From contig MHGF01000003.1 in assembly GCA_001805445.1 (NCBI GenBank), positions 248,429 through 312,428 on the forward strand: 64,000 nt of DNA. Reading direction: 5' to 3'. The stretch's first letter is position 1; every line of letters starts with the position of its first letter. Position numbers and translations under genes: made by a program. The notes below the pieces were generated by a model that saw nothing but the letters and a program-made list of their open reading frames with translations, was not told the origin of the DNA and did no database searches. This stretch comes from Omnitrophica WOR_2 bacterium GWF2_43_52. GTDB lineage: Bacteria > Omnitrophota > Gorgyraeia > Gygaellales > UBA12090. Positions 1-9,058 of this stretch are shown here, one piece after another.

Positions 1-77
1 TTGCGAATATCCTGAAACAATATTGTGGTGTTATTTGCAAAGGAACAGAAATTTTTGAACGTAAATGAATGAATCAT
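1..77 (-). CDS. N-terminus of a probable AAA_21/RloA-type ABC-like ATPase (runs off the window)
   Basis: GGAGG RBS then ATG at 77; MIHSFTFKNFCSFANNTTILF resembles the 'F.xKNFrSF' start of AAA_21/AAA_15 ATPases; only 25 codons visible. Confidence 0.5.
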   Translation of the reverse strand, partial: MIHSFTFKNFCSFANNTTILFQDIR

Positions 78-109
78 TTTATCCCTCCTGAAATTACTAT
101 TTTGACATT

Positions 110-153
110 ATTTGACAATAAAATAATACCATTTTAACGCATTATTGTCAAAT
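110..153 (-). promoter_or_regulatory. sigma70-type promoter overlapped by a 12-bp inverted repeat (candidate operator)
   Basis: TTGACA (151-146), 17 nt, TATTAT (128-123); ATTTGACAATAA (110-121) / TTATTGTCAAAT (142-153). Confidence 0.55.
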
Positions 154-570
154 CCTTTCTTTATCAAAGGAATAATTCAGCAAAATAGCAATAATAACTA
201 CTTTTCCTGTCAAATTCGCATCGTTACAAGGAAGTTTAGTAAATCGAGTAAAATAATCAATATTTGTCGAATTAGACTAATTTTGCACCTAGATTGATGA
301 TTTTATGCCCCGAAATATCAGTTGTAACTTCTTGTTTCACGATGTACGGGATGTAAAAATATACCTGCCTCCTTATCGGATAAATTGTTAGATTTGTTTT
401 TGTGAATTTTAAAATCGCTAACATTTTTTGCATTTTTTGGTCATAACCGGCTCTCTTTGCTTCTGCGTTCTTCACTTAAAGTTTCCAAACACAATTCTAT
501 TAAATAAGCCTGCTCGTCGGTACACTTATTCTAAGGTTTAATTCAACAAAAACCTTTCGGAATCTTACTT

Positions 571-2199
571 TCAGGGATTAGTGTATTCTTTTATTGTTTT
601 CATCTCCAGTATCCTGTCCACCCGAAAGACCCTGGTTTCCTGGCGCTTAAGGCAGAAGGCCTCAAGGCCGATAAACTGTTTATCCTGATAAGACATATCT
701 CCCACACGCCGCGGCTTAATCTGACGGCGGGTTTTTTCATCGCTTGCCTTAAGATAGGTTATCTCAAGGCAGAGTTTATGGGTTATTGCCTCTTTAATCA
801 TACTTAGCTTATCCTCAAAAGGCATATCCCGTTCGGAAAGGGCATACTGGTGGCCGGTAACAAACCGGACTACGCGCCTGTCCATAAGGATATCGGATTT
901 TCTTAAGGGCCGGATGAGCGATATCCCTTCAAATGACCGGCAGCGGCTTAAGGCCACATAGGTCTGGCCGTGGGCAAAGGCGCCGCGGCCCATATCAATA
1001 ATCACCCGCTCAAAGGTCTTGCCTTGGCTCTTATGAATAGTAATTGCCCAGGCAAGCTTTAAGGGGTATTGGGTAAAGGAACCTACGGTTTCGGCCTCAA
1101 TCATAGAGCTGGTTTCATTAAAGCTAAAATGAAATATCTCCCAGCTAAAGGGTAAGACTTCTTCTATGTTCCCTTCGGCTAACTTGACTAGAATCGAATC
1201 CGCGTTTTTCTCCCGGTTAGATTTTATCTCGGTAATCTTCCCCAGAGAGCCGTTAACCCACCTTCCCGCGGTATCATTGTTAAGCAGCATTACTTGCGCG
1301 CCGACAGATAGGCGCAATTCAGGATCTGTGGGATGGGAATATTCCTTAAAGTCCCCCTCTATCTTCGCGCTATAGCTGTGTATTTTGGTTTTGAGCCTGT
1401 TGAGATGCTCCGCGTTAATCTCGGCGGCAGTTTTATTGGTAGTTCCCAGGCGCACTGTATAGCCGGAATTGCCGCCTGCCGCGACATCCGCGCCTACCCG
1501 CCTGTTTAGCAACGTTAAATCTTCATCAGTGATGGAGTTGTTACGAATGGCGTTAAGAAGGCCGATAAATTTTTTATCTTTCTGACGGTAGATTTTTTCC
1601 AACTCAATAAGCTCCATAGGAAATTCCTGAAATACCGCCGCGTCAAAAAAATACTGGCTTTGGTAGTGGGAGCGAAAGATATCTTGTTCTCTTGAGGTTA
1701 CTACCGGAGGCAGTTGGTAGAGGTCGCCGATAAATATCATCTGGATGCCGCCAAAGGGCCGCCTGGAATCCCCGGCATTGAGCCGCAGGAACTTATCCAC
1801 GCAATCAAGCAGATCCGCCCTGACCATTGATACTTCATCAATGATAATGGCGTCTATTTCTTTAAAAATACACCCCCTCTTACCGCTATGCTTTTTTACT
1901 TTTTGCAGGATAATGTCCGGTTTGAAGCGGAAGAAAGAATGGATAGTCTCCCCCCGGACATTAAGGGCGGCTACACCGGTGGGAGCCAGAACAACTACTT
2001 TCTTATCCGTATGGCCCCGGAAATAATCCAAGAGGGTGGATTTACCGGTGCCGGCTTTTCCGGTAACAAACACGTTCTTAGAGGTATGCTCCATTACCTC
2101 CAGAGCCTTCTTGAACTCCGCGTTTATTTCAATATTTTTAAGCGCCAGGGTTACCCCTTTTTTGTTTTCAAAGGTTGGACTTGATATGTATGCCCGCAA
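571..2199 (-). CDS. Pif1/RecD-like SF1B helicase with C-terminal WYL domain
   Basis: GKAGTGKS, APTGVAA, IIDEVSM, GDLYQLPPV, TIHKSQG, YVALSR; C-terminal ITY...RRQIKP...EAFC...RVFRVDRI fits WYL; true start may be ~17 codons downstream. Confidence 0.9.
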   Translation of the reverse strand: MRAYISSPTFENKKGVTLALKNIEINAEFKKALEVMEHTSKNVFVTGKAGTGKSTLLDYFRGHTDKKVVVLAPTGVAALNVRGETIHSFFRFKPDIILQKVKKHSGKRGCIFKEIDAIIIDEVSMVRADLLDCVDKFLRLNAGDSRRPFGGIQMIFIGDLYQLPPVVTSREQDIFRSHYQSQYFFDAAVFQEFPMELIELEKIYRQKDKKFIGLLNAIRNNSITDEDLTLLNRRVGADVAAGGNSGYTVRLGTTNKTAAEINAEHLNRLKTKIHSYSAKIEGDFKEYSHPTDPELRLSVGAQVMLLNNDTAGRWVNGSLGKITEIKSNREKNADSILVKLAEGNIEEVLPFSWEIFHFSFNETSSMIEAETVGSFTQYPLKLAWAITIHKSQGKTFERVIIDMGRGAFAHGQTYVALSRCRSFEGISLIRPLRKSDILMDRRVVRFVTGHQYALSERDMPFEDKLSMIKEAITHKLCLEITYLKASDEKTRRQIKPRRVGDMSYQDKQFIGLEAFCLKRQETRVFRVDRILEMKTIKEYTNP

Positions 2200-3124
2200 A
2201 CCTATCTAAGCCTTGCTCATCCTGGGTCCAGCCGTTATACAGGCCATAAGAATGCATTATATTCATTGCTTCTTGATATTCTTCCAGGGTCAACCGCCGG
2301 GTTAATTCAGGGTAATCCTTAGCTTTGTGGCAGGGAAAATACTGGCTCATCAGGCTGATATGGGTATCTGTCCCTAATTCCCTGGCAATAAAAGCCATAA
2401 TCTCCTCGGTACCGGAAAGTTTATTGGGCAGGACCAGATGCCGGATGAGCAGGCCTTTTTCTATAATTTCATCGGGGCTGAATTTTACAACTCCCACCTG
2501 GTGCCGCATTTCCTTAATCGCGGCCTGATTTATAGCCGGATAGTCTTTGGCCTGGGAAAATCTTGAGGCAGTCTGGCTGTCAAAGTAGCGGGCATCCGGC
2601 ATGTAGATGTCAAAAATACCCTCTAAAAGCCTTAAAGTCTCTACTGAATCATATCCGCTGGAGTTATACACCAAGGGTATTTTTAGGCCTTTTTCCACGG
2701 CTAAGACTACGGCCATTAATATCTGGGGGATGTTATGGGTAGGGGTAACAAAATTGACGTTATGACAGCCTTCTTGCTGTAATTCCAGCATAAAGGAGGC
2801 CAACTCCTCATCCCCTGTCTCCTTGCCTTTATCCAACTGGCTGAATTCATAGTTCTGGCAGTAGACGCACCGTAAATTACAGTTAGTAAAAAAGATTGTC
2901 CCAGAGCCGTTAGTCCCGGATATTCCGGGTTCTTCCCCGTGGTGGCAAAAATAACTGTAAACTTTAGCTTTTTTACCTGTCTTGCAGAAACCCTGCTTAT
3001 TTTCTAAACGGTTCACTTTACAGTTGCGAGGGCAGATATCGCAACGTGAAAGCGCGGAAAAAAGCATTTCTGCCTTTTTTTTCAGGCTGCCGTCTTTATA
3101 CGCGCTTAGGTATCGCGGATACAT
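2168..3124 (-). CDS. PflX-like radical SAM protein
   Basis: CDICPRNC, HHGEEP, GSGTIFF, CNLRCVYCQN (CxxxCxxC), RHLVLP; start at 3124 preferred over 3157. Confidence 0.85.
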   Translation of the reverse strand: MYPRYLSAYKDGSLKKKAEMLFSALSRCDICPRNCKVNRLENKQGFCKTGKKAKVYSYFCHHGEEPGISGTNGSGTIFFTNCNLRCVYCQNYEFSQLDKGKETGDEELASFMLELQQEGCHNVNFVTPTHNIPQILMAVVLAVEKGLKIPLVYNSSGYDSVETLRLLEGIFDIYMPDARYFDSQTASRFSQAKDYPAINQAAIKEMRHQVGVVKFSPDEIIEKGLLIRHLVLPNKLSGTEEIMAFIARELGTDTHISLMSQYFPCHKAKDYPELTRRLTLEEYQEAMNIMHSYGLYNGWTQDEQGLDRFAGIHIKSNL

Positions 3125-3641
3125 TGCGTTGCTCATAGTATAATGTTCGTATAGCATTAAAAATACTTATATATTCCTTACTCTGATAATCAGGGTACGT
3201 CCATTGCCAGGGGGTAAAACTATCCTGTTTGAAATAAAGTGTTACCTCAGCGAATATCCCTTTTCCAAGATAAATTCGGTGCGCATTATCCTTGGTGGTT
3301 GCTAATATAAGTTTGCCTAAATTGAGCATCCCGGGATCGATATTAATTAAACGCTTCCCGTTTCTGGAAAACCGTTTTTCCAAGGCATTGGTATGCCGTT
3401 TTATCGCTGGTAATCTATCCTCGGGAATTAATGGCCCGAAACTGATAAAGAGGCGCTGTAGAGGTTTTCCAAATTCAGGATAATAATAATCTGTATAGAT
3501 AAAGTCCAACTCTTGGCTGCAATAATCAATGCCGCCATAACGCTTCTTTAAAGCTGCCAGGGCCCTTTCTTTTATGGCGCTTTCACGATAGATGAGCCCT
3601 ATAACAAGCTTTCCAGGATGGGGTAACTTGAGAAGTCCCAC
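3096..3641 (-). CDS. DUF4416 family protein
   Basis: TDYY.PEFG, INIDPG, LATTK, HRIYL..GIFAEVTL, WTYPDY. Confidence 0.8.
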   Translation of the reverse strand: MGLLKLPHPGKLVIGLIYRESAIKERALAALKKRYGGIDYCSQELDFIYTDYYYPEFGKPLQRLFISFGPLIPEDRLPAIKRHTNALEKRFSRNGKRLINIDPGMLNLGKLILATTKDNAHRIYLGKGIFAEVTLYFKQDSFTPWQWTYPDYQSKEYISIFNAIRTLYYEQRNVSAIPKRV

Positions 3642-3737
3642 GGGGAATTATTTTTGGTTAAAGGATGGTACGCTTGGCGGATTTTTCATGAATAAAAATG
3701 TATGTGAAGGCTTATTGTGGGAGGGTCTTTTATTCTC

Positions 3738-4136
3738 TTATGCCGCAAGAAACGGCGTTACGGGCTCCTGGAGGTGGCTTTCTATATACTCCCGTATGGC
3801 GTTTGCGTCAGATTCCTTTAAATCATTAAAAAATACTGCTATATCAAATTTACCCTTTGCTTCTTTAGCCTCTTCTACCCTGACGACCACGCCTTTACAG
3901 TGCAATTGCTTAGTAACCGTTTTATCATGTGTGCGTTTAACCGGCAATAAAAGCAAGAGAGTAACCTTAGACATCAATTCAATACTTTTGTCTACCTGAC
4001 AGCAGATTCCTGACAAACTGATATTATGCGTTTGGGCGGCAAGGTCAAACGAATCCGCCTGCACTTTAAGGGGAATCAGCTTCTGGAGGCGAGGATGCTG
4101 CCTTCTTTCGGGATGATTGAGCCTATTCTTGAGCAT
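3738..4136 (-). CDS. PilZ domain protein
   Basis: ERRQHPR (RxxxR) and NISLSG (N/DxSxxG). Confidence 0.85.
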   Translation of the reverse strand: MLKNRLNHPERRQHPRLQKLIPLKVQADSFDLAAQTHNISLSGICCQVDKSIELMSKVTLLLLLPVKRTHDKTVTKQLHCKGVVVRVEEAKEAKGKFDIAVFFNDLKESDANAIREYIESHLQEPVTPFLAA

Positions 4137-4299
4137 CTTTTTCGTTTTTGAGCCTGGTTTTCTCGAGATGGGTTTTATAACAGCGTTTCGTGCAGAAATA
4201 TTTGCTATCGCGATAATAACGCCTTACTTTTTTTACCGGTTTACCACAGCCGCCGCAATTACCAAACCTTTCCTTTTTATTTTTCTTTTCTTCTGCCAT
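4123..4299 (-). CDS. 58-aa basic zinc-finger protein (TRASH/FCS-like), below the ORF-track cutoff
   Basis: Hand translation MAEEKKNKKERFGNCGGCGKPVKKVRRYYRDSKYFCTKRCYKTHLEKTRLKNEKDAQE; AAGGA RBS; stop overlaps the next start. Confidence 0.7.
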   Translation of the reverse strand: MAEEKKNKKERFGNCGGCGKPVKKVRRYYRDSKYFCTKRCYKTHLEKTRLKNEKDAQE

Positions 4300-4338
4300 A
4301 GTTCCTTTTTCTTTAGGGTTTTTGTTTATGGTGTAGGA

Positions 4339-4686
4339 TTATCGATGAGTAGAGACATATTCGGCAATACTACGCTTGGTATCATAGCTGATGTCTTCAA
4401 AGGTTAGCCCTATCTGATAACGCGATGAATAAGCAACCTGATGGGTCCACTGCACCTTGCCGCTAAGCACTATCAATTTATCCGGTTTAAGATTTACTTT
4501 TACAGACACGCGGGAGAACTTTGGGATGAATTCCTCCATGGTCATCCTGAGGCCATTTTCTGATATGTCCTGGGTCAAACCATTACCGTGTTTACCTTCA
4601 ACAATAGATTCATACTGCGCCGGAAGGCTGCTTTTTACTCTATTGCTTCGTCTTTTTTCAATCCAATCATTCTCATACATAGCCAC
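4339..4686 (-). CDS. PilZ domain protein
   Basis: EKRRSNR and DISENG motifs; YQIGLTF. Confidence 0.85.
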   Translation of the reverse strand: MAMYENDWIEKRRSNRVKSSLPAQYESIVEGKHGNGLTQDISENGLRMTMEEFIPKFSRVSVKVNLKPDKLIVLSGKVQWTHQVAYSSRYQIGLTFEDISYDTKRSIAEYVSTHR

Positions 4687-4882
4687 ACTGCCTTGTCTTT
4701 CATTATTTACGAACCTAGATACCTTCTTTAGGGCATCTCTAGCGCCCGTGAGGAGCCGTGGCTATACATCCTCCCTCTCTTGCTCATTACTTGTAGTGAG
4801 CCCTTCAACCTCTTTAAAAATAACATATTTACAGCCCTTTGTCAATACTTTACAAAGATTTTTTTTCTGCTATACTATAGGC

Positions 4883-5695
4883 ATGTATTGCGCATTCTAT
4901 GGCTTCAAAGAAAAGCCTTTCAACGTCACCAGTGACCCCTCCTTCTTTTTCTCAAGTAAAAAACATAGAGAGGCTATTGCCTGCTTATCCTATGGCATTA
5001 AGGAACGGAAAGGCATTATGACGGTTACCGGTGAAATCGGAACAGGAAAAACCACCTTATGCCGCAGCCTTTTAAGGCAATTAGACAAATCGGTCAAAAC
5101 CGCGGTCATTCTCAATCCCTATTTTTCTGACGTGCAATTACTGGAACTCATTGTTCAGGATTTCGGGATTAAGATTACAAAACGCTCGCGGCTGCACATT
5201 GTCAACGAGCTTAACGCCTTCCTCATTCGCGAATCGGCACAAAACAATAACGCGGTGATTATCATTGATGAAGCGCAAAACCTCACGGTGAGGCAATTAG
5301 AGCAAATACGGCTTCTTTCTAATCTTGAAACGGATAAAGAAAAACTTTTGCAAATTATCCTTATAGGCCAACCTGAACTAAGGGAAAAACTCAATCTCCA
5401 TCAATTACGCCAAATAAAACAACGCGTCATGGTAGATTATCATATAGAGCCTCTTGATCAGGATGAACTAACACAGTATATCCGCCACCGCCTTAGTATT
5501 GCCACCCAATCACATAGCGTCAAAAAACTTAGTTTTAATGATACCGCGGTAGCATCAATTTTCGCGTTTTCTCAAGGCGTGCCGCGGCTTATCAATTTAA
5601 TCTGCGAAAGAGCGCTTCTCTTAAGCTTTGTTCAAGAAAAAAACACAATAACCGAAACAATTATTGCCAACTGCATCAACGATATTAAACTTTAA
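4883..5695 (+). CDS. exeA: ExeA/GspA-like AAA ATPase (no C-terminal peptidoglycan-binding domain)
   Basis: MY..FYGF.EKPF start, GEIGTGKTT, IIDEAQNL, LIGQPEL, GVPRLIN; true start ATG 4883. Confidence 0.85.
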   Translation: MYCAFYGFKEKPFNVTSDPSFFFSSKKHREAIACLSYGIKERKGIMTVTGEIGTGKTTLCRSLLRQLDKSVKTAVILNPYFSDVQLLELIVQDFGIKITKRSRLHIVNELNAFLIRESAQNNNAVIIIDEAQNLTVRQLEQIRLLSNLETDKEKLLQIILIGQPELREKLNLHQLRQIKQRVMVDYHIEPLDQDELTQYIRHRLSIATQSHSVKKLSFNDTAVASIFAFSQGVPRLINLICERALLLSFVQEKNTITETIIANCINDIKL

Positions 5696-5708
5696 AGAAA
5701 GGGGCCCG

Positions 5709-6230
5709 ATGAGCATAATTTATGATGCCTTAAAAAAAACACAGAACATTGACCCAAACTCCCCACTAAGCAGGCAAGAGCTTCCGGGACAACAGCAGGC
5801 GGCTCCTTCTGAAAACAAGACTCCTCCTAAAAAACCGGGATGGCTAGCTATGGGGATCGTTATTATCCTTCTTCTTTCGGGCTATCTTTTCATACAGAAA
5901 ACAGGCATTCTTTCTGCCGGCAAGTCAACGCATACTAAGTCAAAGGAGAATTTCTTTCAGGCACTTTTTAAATCCCGCAAGGAAGGAAAAAACACCAAAC
6001 AGACTTTATACCCTCCCGCAACGCCTGCTCCGGAAAGAACCTACCCTAACGATCCTATGCGCCTTGTTCTTGAAGGAATCATGATTTCTAACGATAACAA
6101 TACCGCGCTTATTAACGGGCAGGTCTGTATTGTTGGGGATACTATTGAAGGGGCACTGATCGAGGCAATAAACGAAAAGGAAGTACATCTCTCCTATCAA
6201 GGCCAGAAAATAACGCTAAAGAATAAATAA
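5709..6230 (+). CDS. ExeB/GspB-like membrane protein
   Basis: MSIIYDALKK N-terminus, single TM helix, C-terminal LEGI...ALING...GD.I.GA; follows exeA. Confidence 0.7.
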   Translation: MSIIYDALKKTQNIDPNSPLSRQELPGQQQAAPSENKTPPKKPGWLAMGIVIILLLSGYLFIQKTGILSAGKSTHTKSKENFFQALFKSRKEGKNTKQTLYPPATPAPERTYPNDPMRLVLEGIMISNDNNTALINGQVCIVGDTIEGALIEAINEKEVHLSYQGQKITLKNK

Positions 6231-7313
6231 TTCCCTTACCGATTGGTAAATAAGCTTTTCCGGGACATTTCGATAGACAAGGGGTTTTCCTATACCCTTG
6301 AGAAGCACAAAGCGGTTGATTTTTCCGATAAACTTTTTATCTAAGCGATATGCCTTAAGAACATCTGTTTCCTTAAGCCCCATAATTTCCTGAGGCAATC
6401 CTATGTGAGCAATAAGGCTATTGATGCGTTGATAGGTTTTCGCGTCCAGAAGCCCGAGGTTTTGGCTGATTCTACAGGCTGAAAGCATGCCCATTGCCAC
6501 AGCTTCGCCATGGGTATATTTGTCATATTTTCCGGCTGCCTCAACGGCATGGCCTATAGTATGGCCGAAGTTTAAGATAGTTCGTATCCCCTTCTCTTCT
6601 CTTTCATCCCTGCAGACAATCCCGGCTTTAATTCTGGCGCATTCAAAAACCAACGATTCTAATGTTTGTTTGTTTTTAGAGAAAACAGCCTGAGAATTTT
6701 TTTCTAAGAAATTCAATAAGCGGGTGTTCTTAATAACAGCATATTTAACCGCTTCGCTAAGCCCCGCGCGCATCTGCCTTTTGTCAAGCGAAGAAAGGAA
6801 ATTTACGTCGCAGAGCACTAAGCGCGGCTGATAAAAGGTCCCCACCAAATTCTTTGCCATAGGCAAATCGATAGCCGTTTTTCCGCCGATGCTTGAATCT
6901 ATCTGGGCAAGTAATGTAGTCGGCACCTGCACAAGAGGCACACCTCGTTTATAGATACTGGCCACAAAGCTTGCCAAATCTCCTACCACCCCGCCCCCAA
7001 ACGCAAGAACGGTTATTTTTCGCTGCCTGGCATATTCGGCTAAAGAATTAATAAGTTTTACCGCGCTCTTAATCGATTTTGCTTTTTCACTATCAATGGT
7101 GGTGAAAAACTTAAGAGTAAATCCCTTATGGCTGAATACTGATTTTAGCGTGTTGGCGTAATACTGTTTAACAAGCGTATTAGTAACAACCGCTATATCG
7201 CGGGGTAATTTTAAGGAAGTAAAATACCTCGGTAAATACTTTATACTGCCGCTGCCGATGACTATAGGATAGCGCCTATAGCGGCCGCTTAAACTGACGC
7301 ATATTTTTCTCAT
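6216..7313 (-). CDS. aroB: 3-dehydroquinate synthase
   Basis: GGGVVGD, PTTLLAQIDSSIGGKT, LNFGHTIGHAVE, HGEAVA. Confidence 0.95.
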   Translation of the reverse strand: MRKICVSLSGRYRRYPIVIGSGSIKYLPRYFTSLKLPRDIAVVTNTLVKQYYANTLKSVFSHKGFTLKFFTTIDSEKAKSIKSAVKLINSLAEYARQRKITVLAFGGGVVGDLASFVASIYKRGVPLVQVPTTLLAQIDSSIGGKTAIDLPMAKNLVGTFYQPRLVLCDVNFLSSLDKRQMRAGLSEAVKYAVIKNTRLLNFLEKNSQAVFSKNKQTLESLVFECARIKAGIVCRDEREEKGIRTILNFGHTIGHAVEAAGKYDKYTHGEAVAMGMLSACRISQNLGLLDAKTYQRINSLIAHIGLPQEIMGLKETDVLKAYRLDKKFIGKINRFVLLKGIGKPLVYRNVPEKLIYQSVRELFIL

Positions 7314-7314
7314 C

Positions 7315-7926
7315 TTATATCCCCACCCGGAATATGGCTAGAATCATCGTTACTATAGGCCATAAAATACGGTCTACTATCCTTAAATAAAGCAGGATAA
7401 ATAAAATCACAAACCCGTAACGCTCAAATTTCATGTATTCTTTCGCCAGAGCCGCGGGAAGAAGCCCGAATAATACGCGAGAGCCATCTAAAGGCGGGAT
7501 GGGTATCAGATTAAAAACAGCCAGAACCACATTGTTTATGATTGCCTGTATAATAAGCGCCGAGATAAATAAAGGGAGAACAAAAGGCATCTTGAGGATA
7601 AGGCTTAAGATGAACGCGGCCACAATATTTGCTAATGGCCCAGCCAACCCTACCAAAATGATATCCCGCTTGGGATGCTTTAACCCCCAGTAACTGATGG
7701 GGACTGGTTTTGCCCAGCCAAAAATAACCGGTGACCTGGTAATGATAAGTACCGCGGGAAGTAAAATTGTTCCGAAAGGATCAATATGGGCAAGGGGATT
7801 GAGGGTAAGCCGTCCGGCGTATTTGGCAGTTCTATCTCCTAACCAATATGCCATGAGCCCGTGGGAATATTCGTGCACGACAACCGCGAAAAGGAATATT
7901 ACTGATGATAATAAAATAAATTCCAC
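7315..7926 (-). CDS. Site-2 protease (M50)
   Basis: HEYSH, GWAKPVP, AGPLAN, FNLIPIPPLDG. Confidence 0.92.
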   Translation of the reverse strand: MEFILLSSVIFLFAVVVHEYSHGLMAYWLGDRTAKYAGRLTLNPLAHIDPFGTILLPAVLIITRSPVIFGWAKPVPISYWGLKHPKRDIILVGLAGPLANIVAAFILSLILKMPFVLPLFISALIIQAIINNVVLAVFNLIPIPPLDGSRVLFGLLPAALAKEYMKFERYGFVILFILLYLRIVDRILWPIVTMILAIFRVGI

Positions 7927-7951
7927 GCTGCCCTTTCTTCTAAGAGAAAGC

Positions 7952-8227
7952 TTACGCCTTCTTTGCCTGGGCAGCCCCTTTGGCGGCGGTTTTCGCTGCG
8001 GCAGGGCTTGCTGCCTTTGCTCCAGCTGCTGGTGCCGCGGCCTTTTCTTCGGCCTTTTCTTTCTTTACTTTTATTTTTAGAGACTTTATTTTCGGCAAGC
8101 CGTAAACGGAGCTTTGCTCATTAAAGGTGCCTTTCTGTATGGCGTGCTTGATTCTTTCGATTCTCTTTAAGACTGATCTTTGTTTTCGAGCCTTTAAAGT
8201 TATCTTTAAACTTGGGTGTAATGACAT
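7952..8227 (-). CDS. PVC-superphylum signature small basic protein (TIGR04137-like) with Lys/Ala tail
   Basis: MSLHPSLK...RSVLKRIERI...YGLPK pattern. Confidence 0.8.
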   Translation of the reverse strand: MSLHPSLKITLKARKQRSVLKRIERIKHAIQKGTFNEQSSVYGLPKIKSLKIKVKKEKAEEKAAAPAAGAKAASPAAAKTAAKGAAQAKKA

Positions 8228-8228
8228 G

Positions 8229-9044
8229 CTATAATCTCCTTATCATACAATCGGGATATCTGTTTTTTAATTTTTGCTGCATATTTTTCGCTTCCTGGGC
8301 GGCGTTGAATTTCCCAACACAAATCACCGTATAGCTGCCCTTCTGCAGGTCAAATCCGTTATACCCTTTCGTTTTTAAATGCGTTAATTCCTTCGATATG
8401 TTTTTTCTCTGTTGGATACTGGCAACTTGAACGGTATAGGTAGCCGCCTGAGTGCCTTTGGGAACAGGAGCTTTCAGGCTCTTTGGTATATCGGCATCCG
8501 TACGCGCCTGATTACTCTGGCCACTATTCTCTACAGCCACGGCTACGGGTTTTTTTTCACTCTGCTTTAGTCCGATGGCGCCAGGATAAAGAGGCGTGTC
8601 TTGTTGAGCAATGGAGCCCACCAGGGCTAAAGCCCGGGGTTCCTTTTTTTCTTGCCCCTTCGGGGCGGAATCCCGACCGACTCTTTTCTGTCCCGACCGA
8701 AGCGTCGGGGCTCCATCCGCGGCCTGAAGGCCGAGGTTTTGAAGCGTCGGGATAAACGTATCAGCTGTATTTTGAGACGGCACCGGTACTTTTGGCTGCG
8801 CGCTCGTAGTAAGCGGCACAAGGGACGATGCGGCCTTCAAGGCTACCCTTTTTCCCCTTTCCACCCCAAAAGAGTATGATACCAACGAAACAAAGATTAC
8901 CGTAACCAGAGAAAAGATAGCTTTTTGGTATTGGCGCACAAGCGAAGGAGAGCGAAGCCCGTTACGGGAGGAATCCGTTTGAGCCATAGCGATGGATTCA
9001 TTTCCTTGAAACAATTCCAGCTGCTCAGGATTGTGTTTTTCCAT
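8229..9044 (-). CDS. SPOR domain membrane protein
   Basis: N-terminal TM followed by GVERGK; C-terminal YTVQVAS...VICVGKF...A...L..RYPDC.IR. Confidence 0.75.
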   Translation of the reverse strand: MEKHNPEQLELFQGNESIAMAQTDSSRNGLRSPSLVRQYQKAIFSLVTVIFVSLVSYSFGVERGKRVALKAASSLVPLTTSAQPKVPVPSQNTADTFIPTLQNLGLQAADGAPTLRSGQKRVGRDSAPKGQEKKEPRALALVGSIAQQDTPLYPGAIGLKQSEKKPVAVAVENSGQSNQARTDADIPKSLKAPVPKGTQAATYTVQVASIQQRKNISKELTHLKTKGYNGFDLQKGSYTVICVGKFNAAQEAKNMQQKLKNRYPDCMIRRL

Positions 9045-9058
9045 AGTGCCTATTATAA

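Noticed and set aside
272-475. 67-aa ORF in AT-rich DNA
   Set aside because: No RBS or recognisable motif; other frames give short broken fragments, so it is probably decayed or non-coding DNA.
4457-4882. N-terminal extension of the 412-aa ExeA ORF
   Set aside because: Overlaps the PilZ gene antisense and the promoter region; the family-typical start is ATG 4883.
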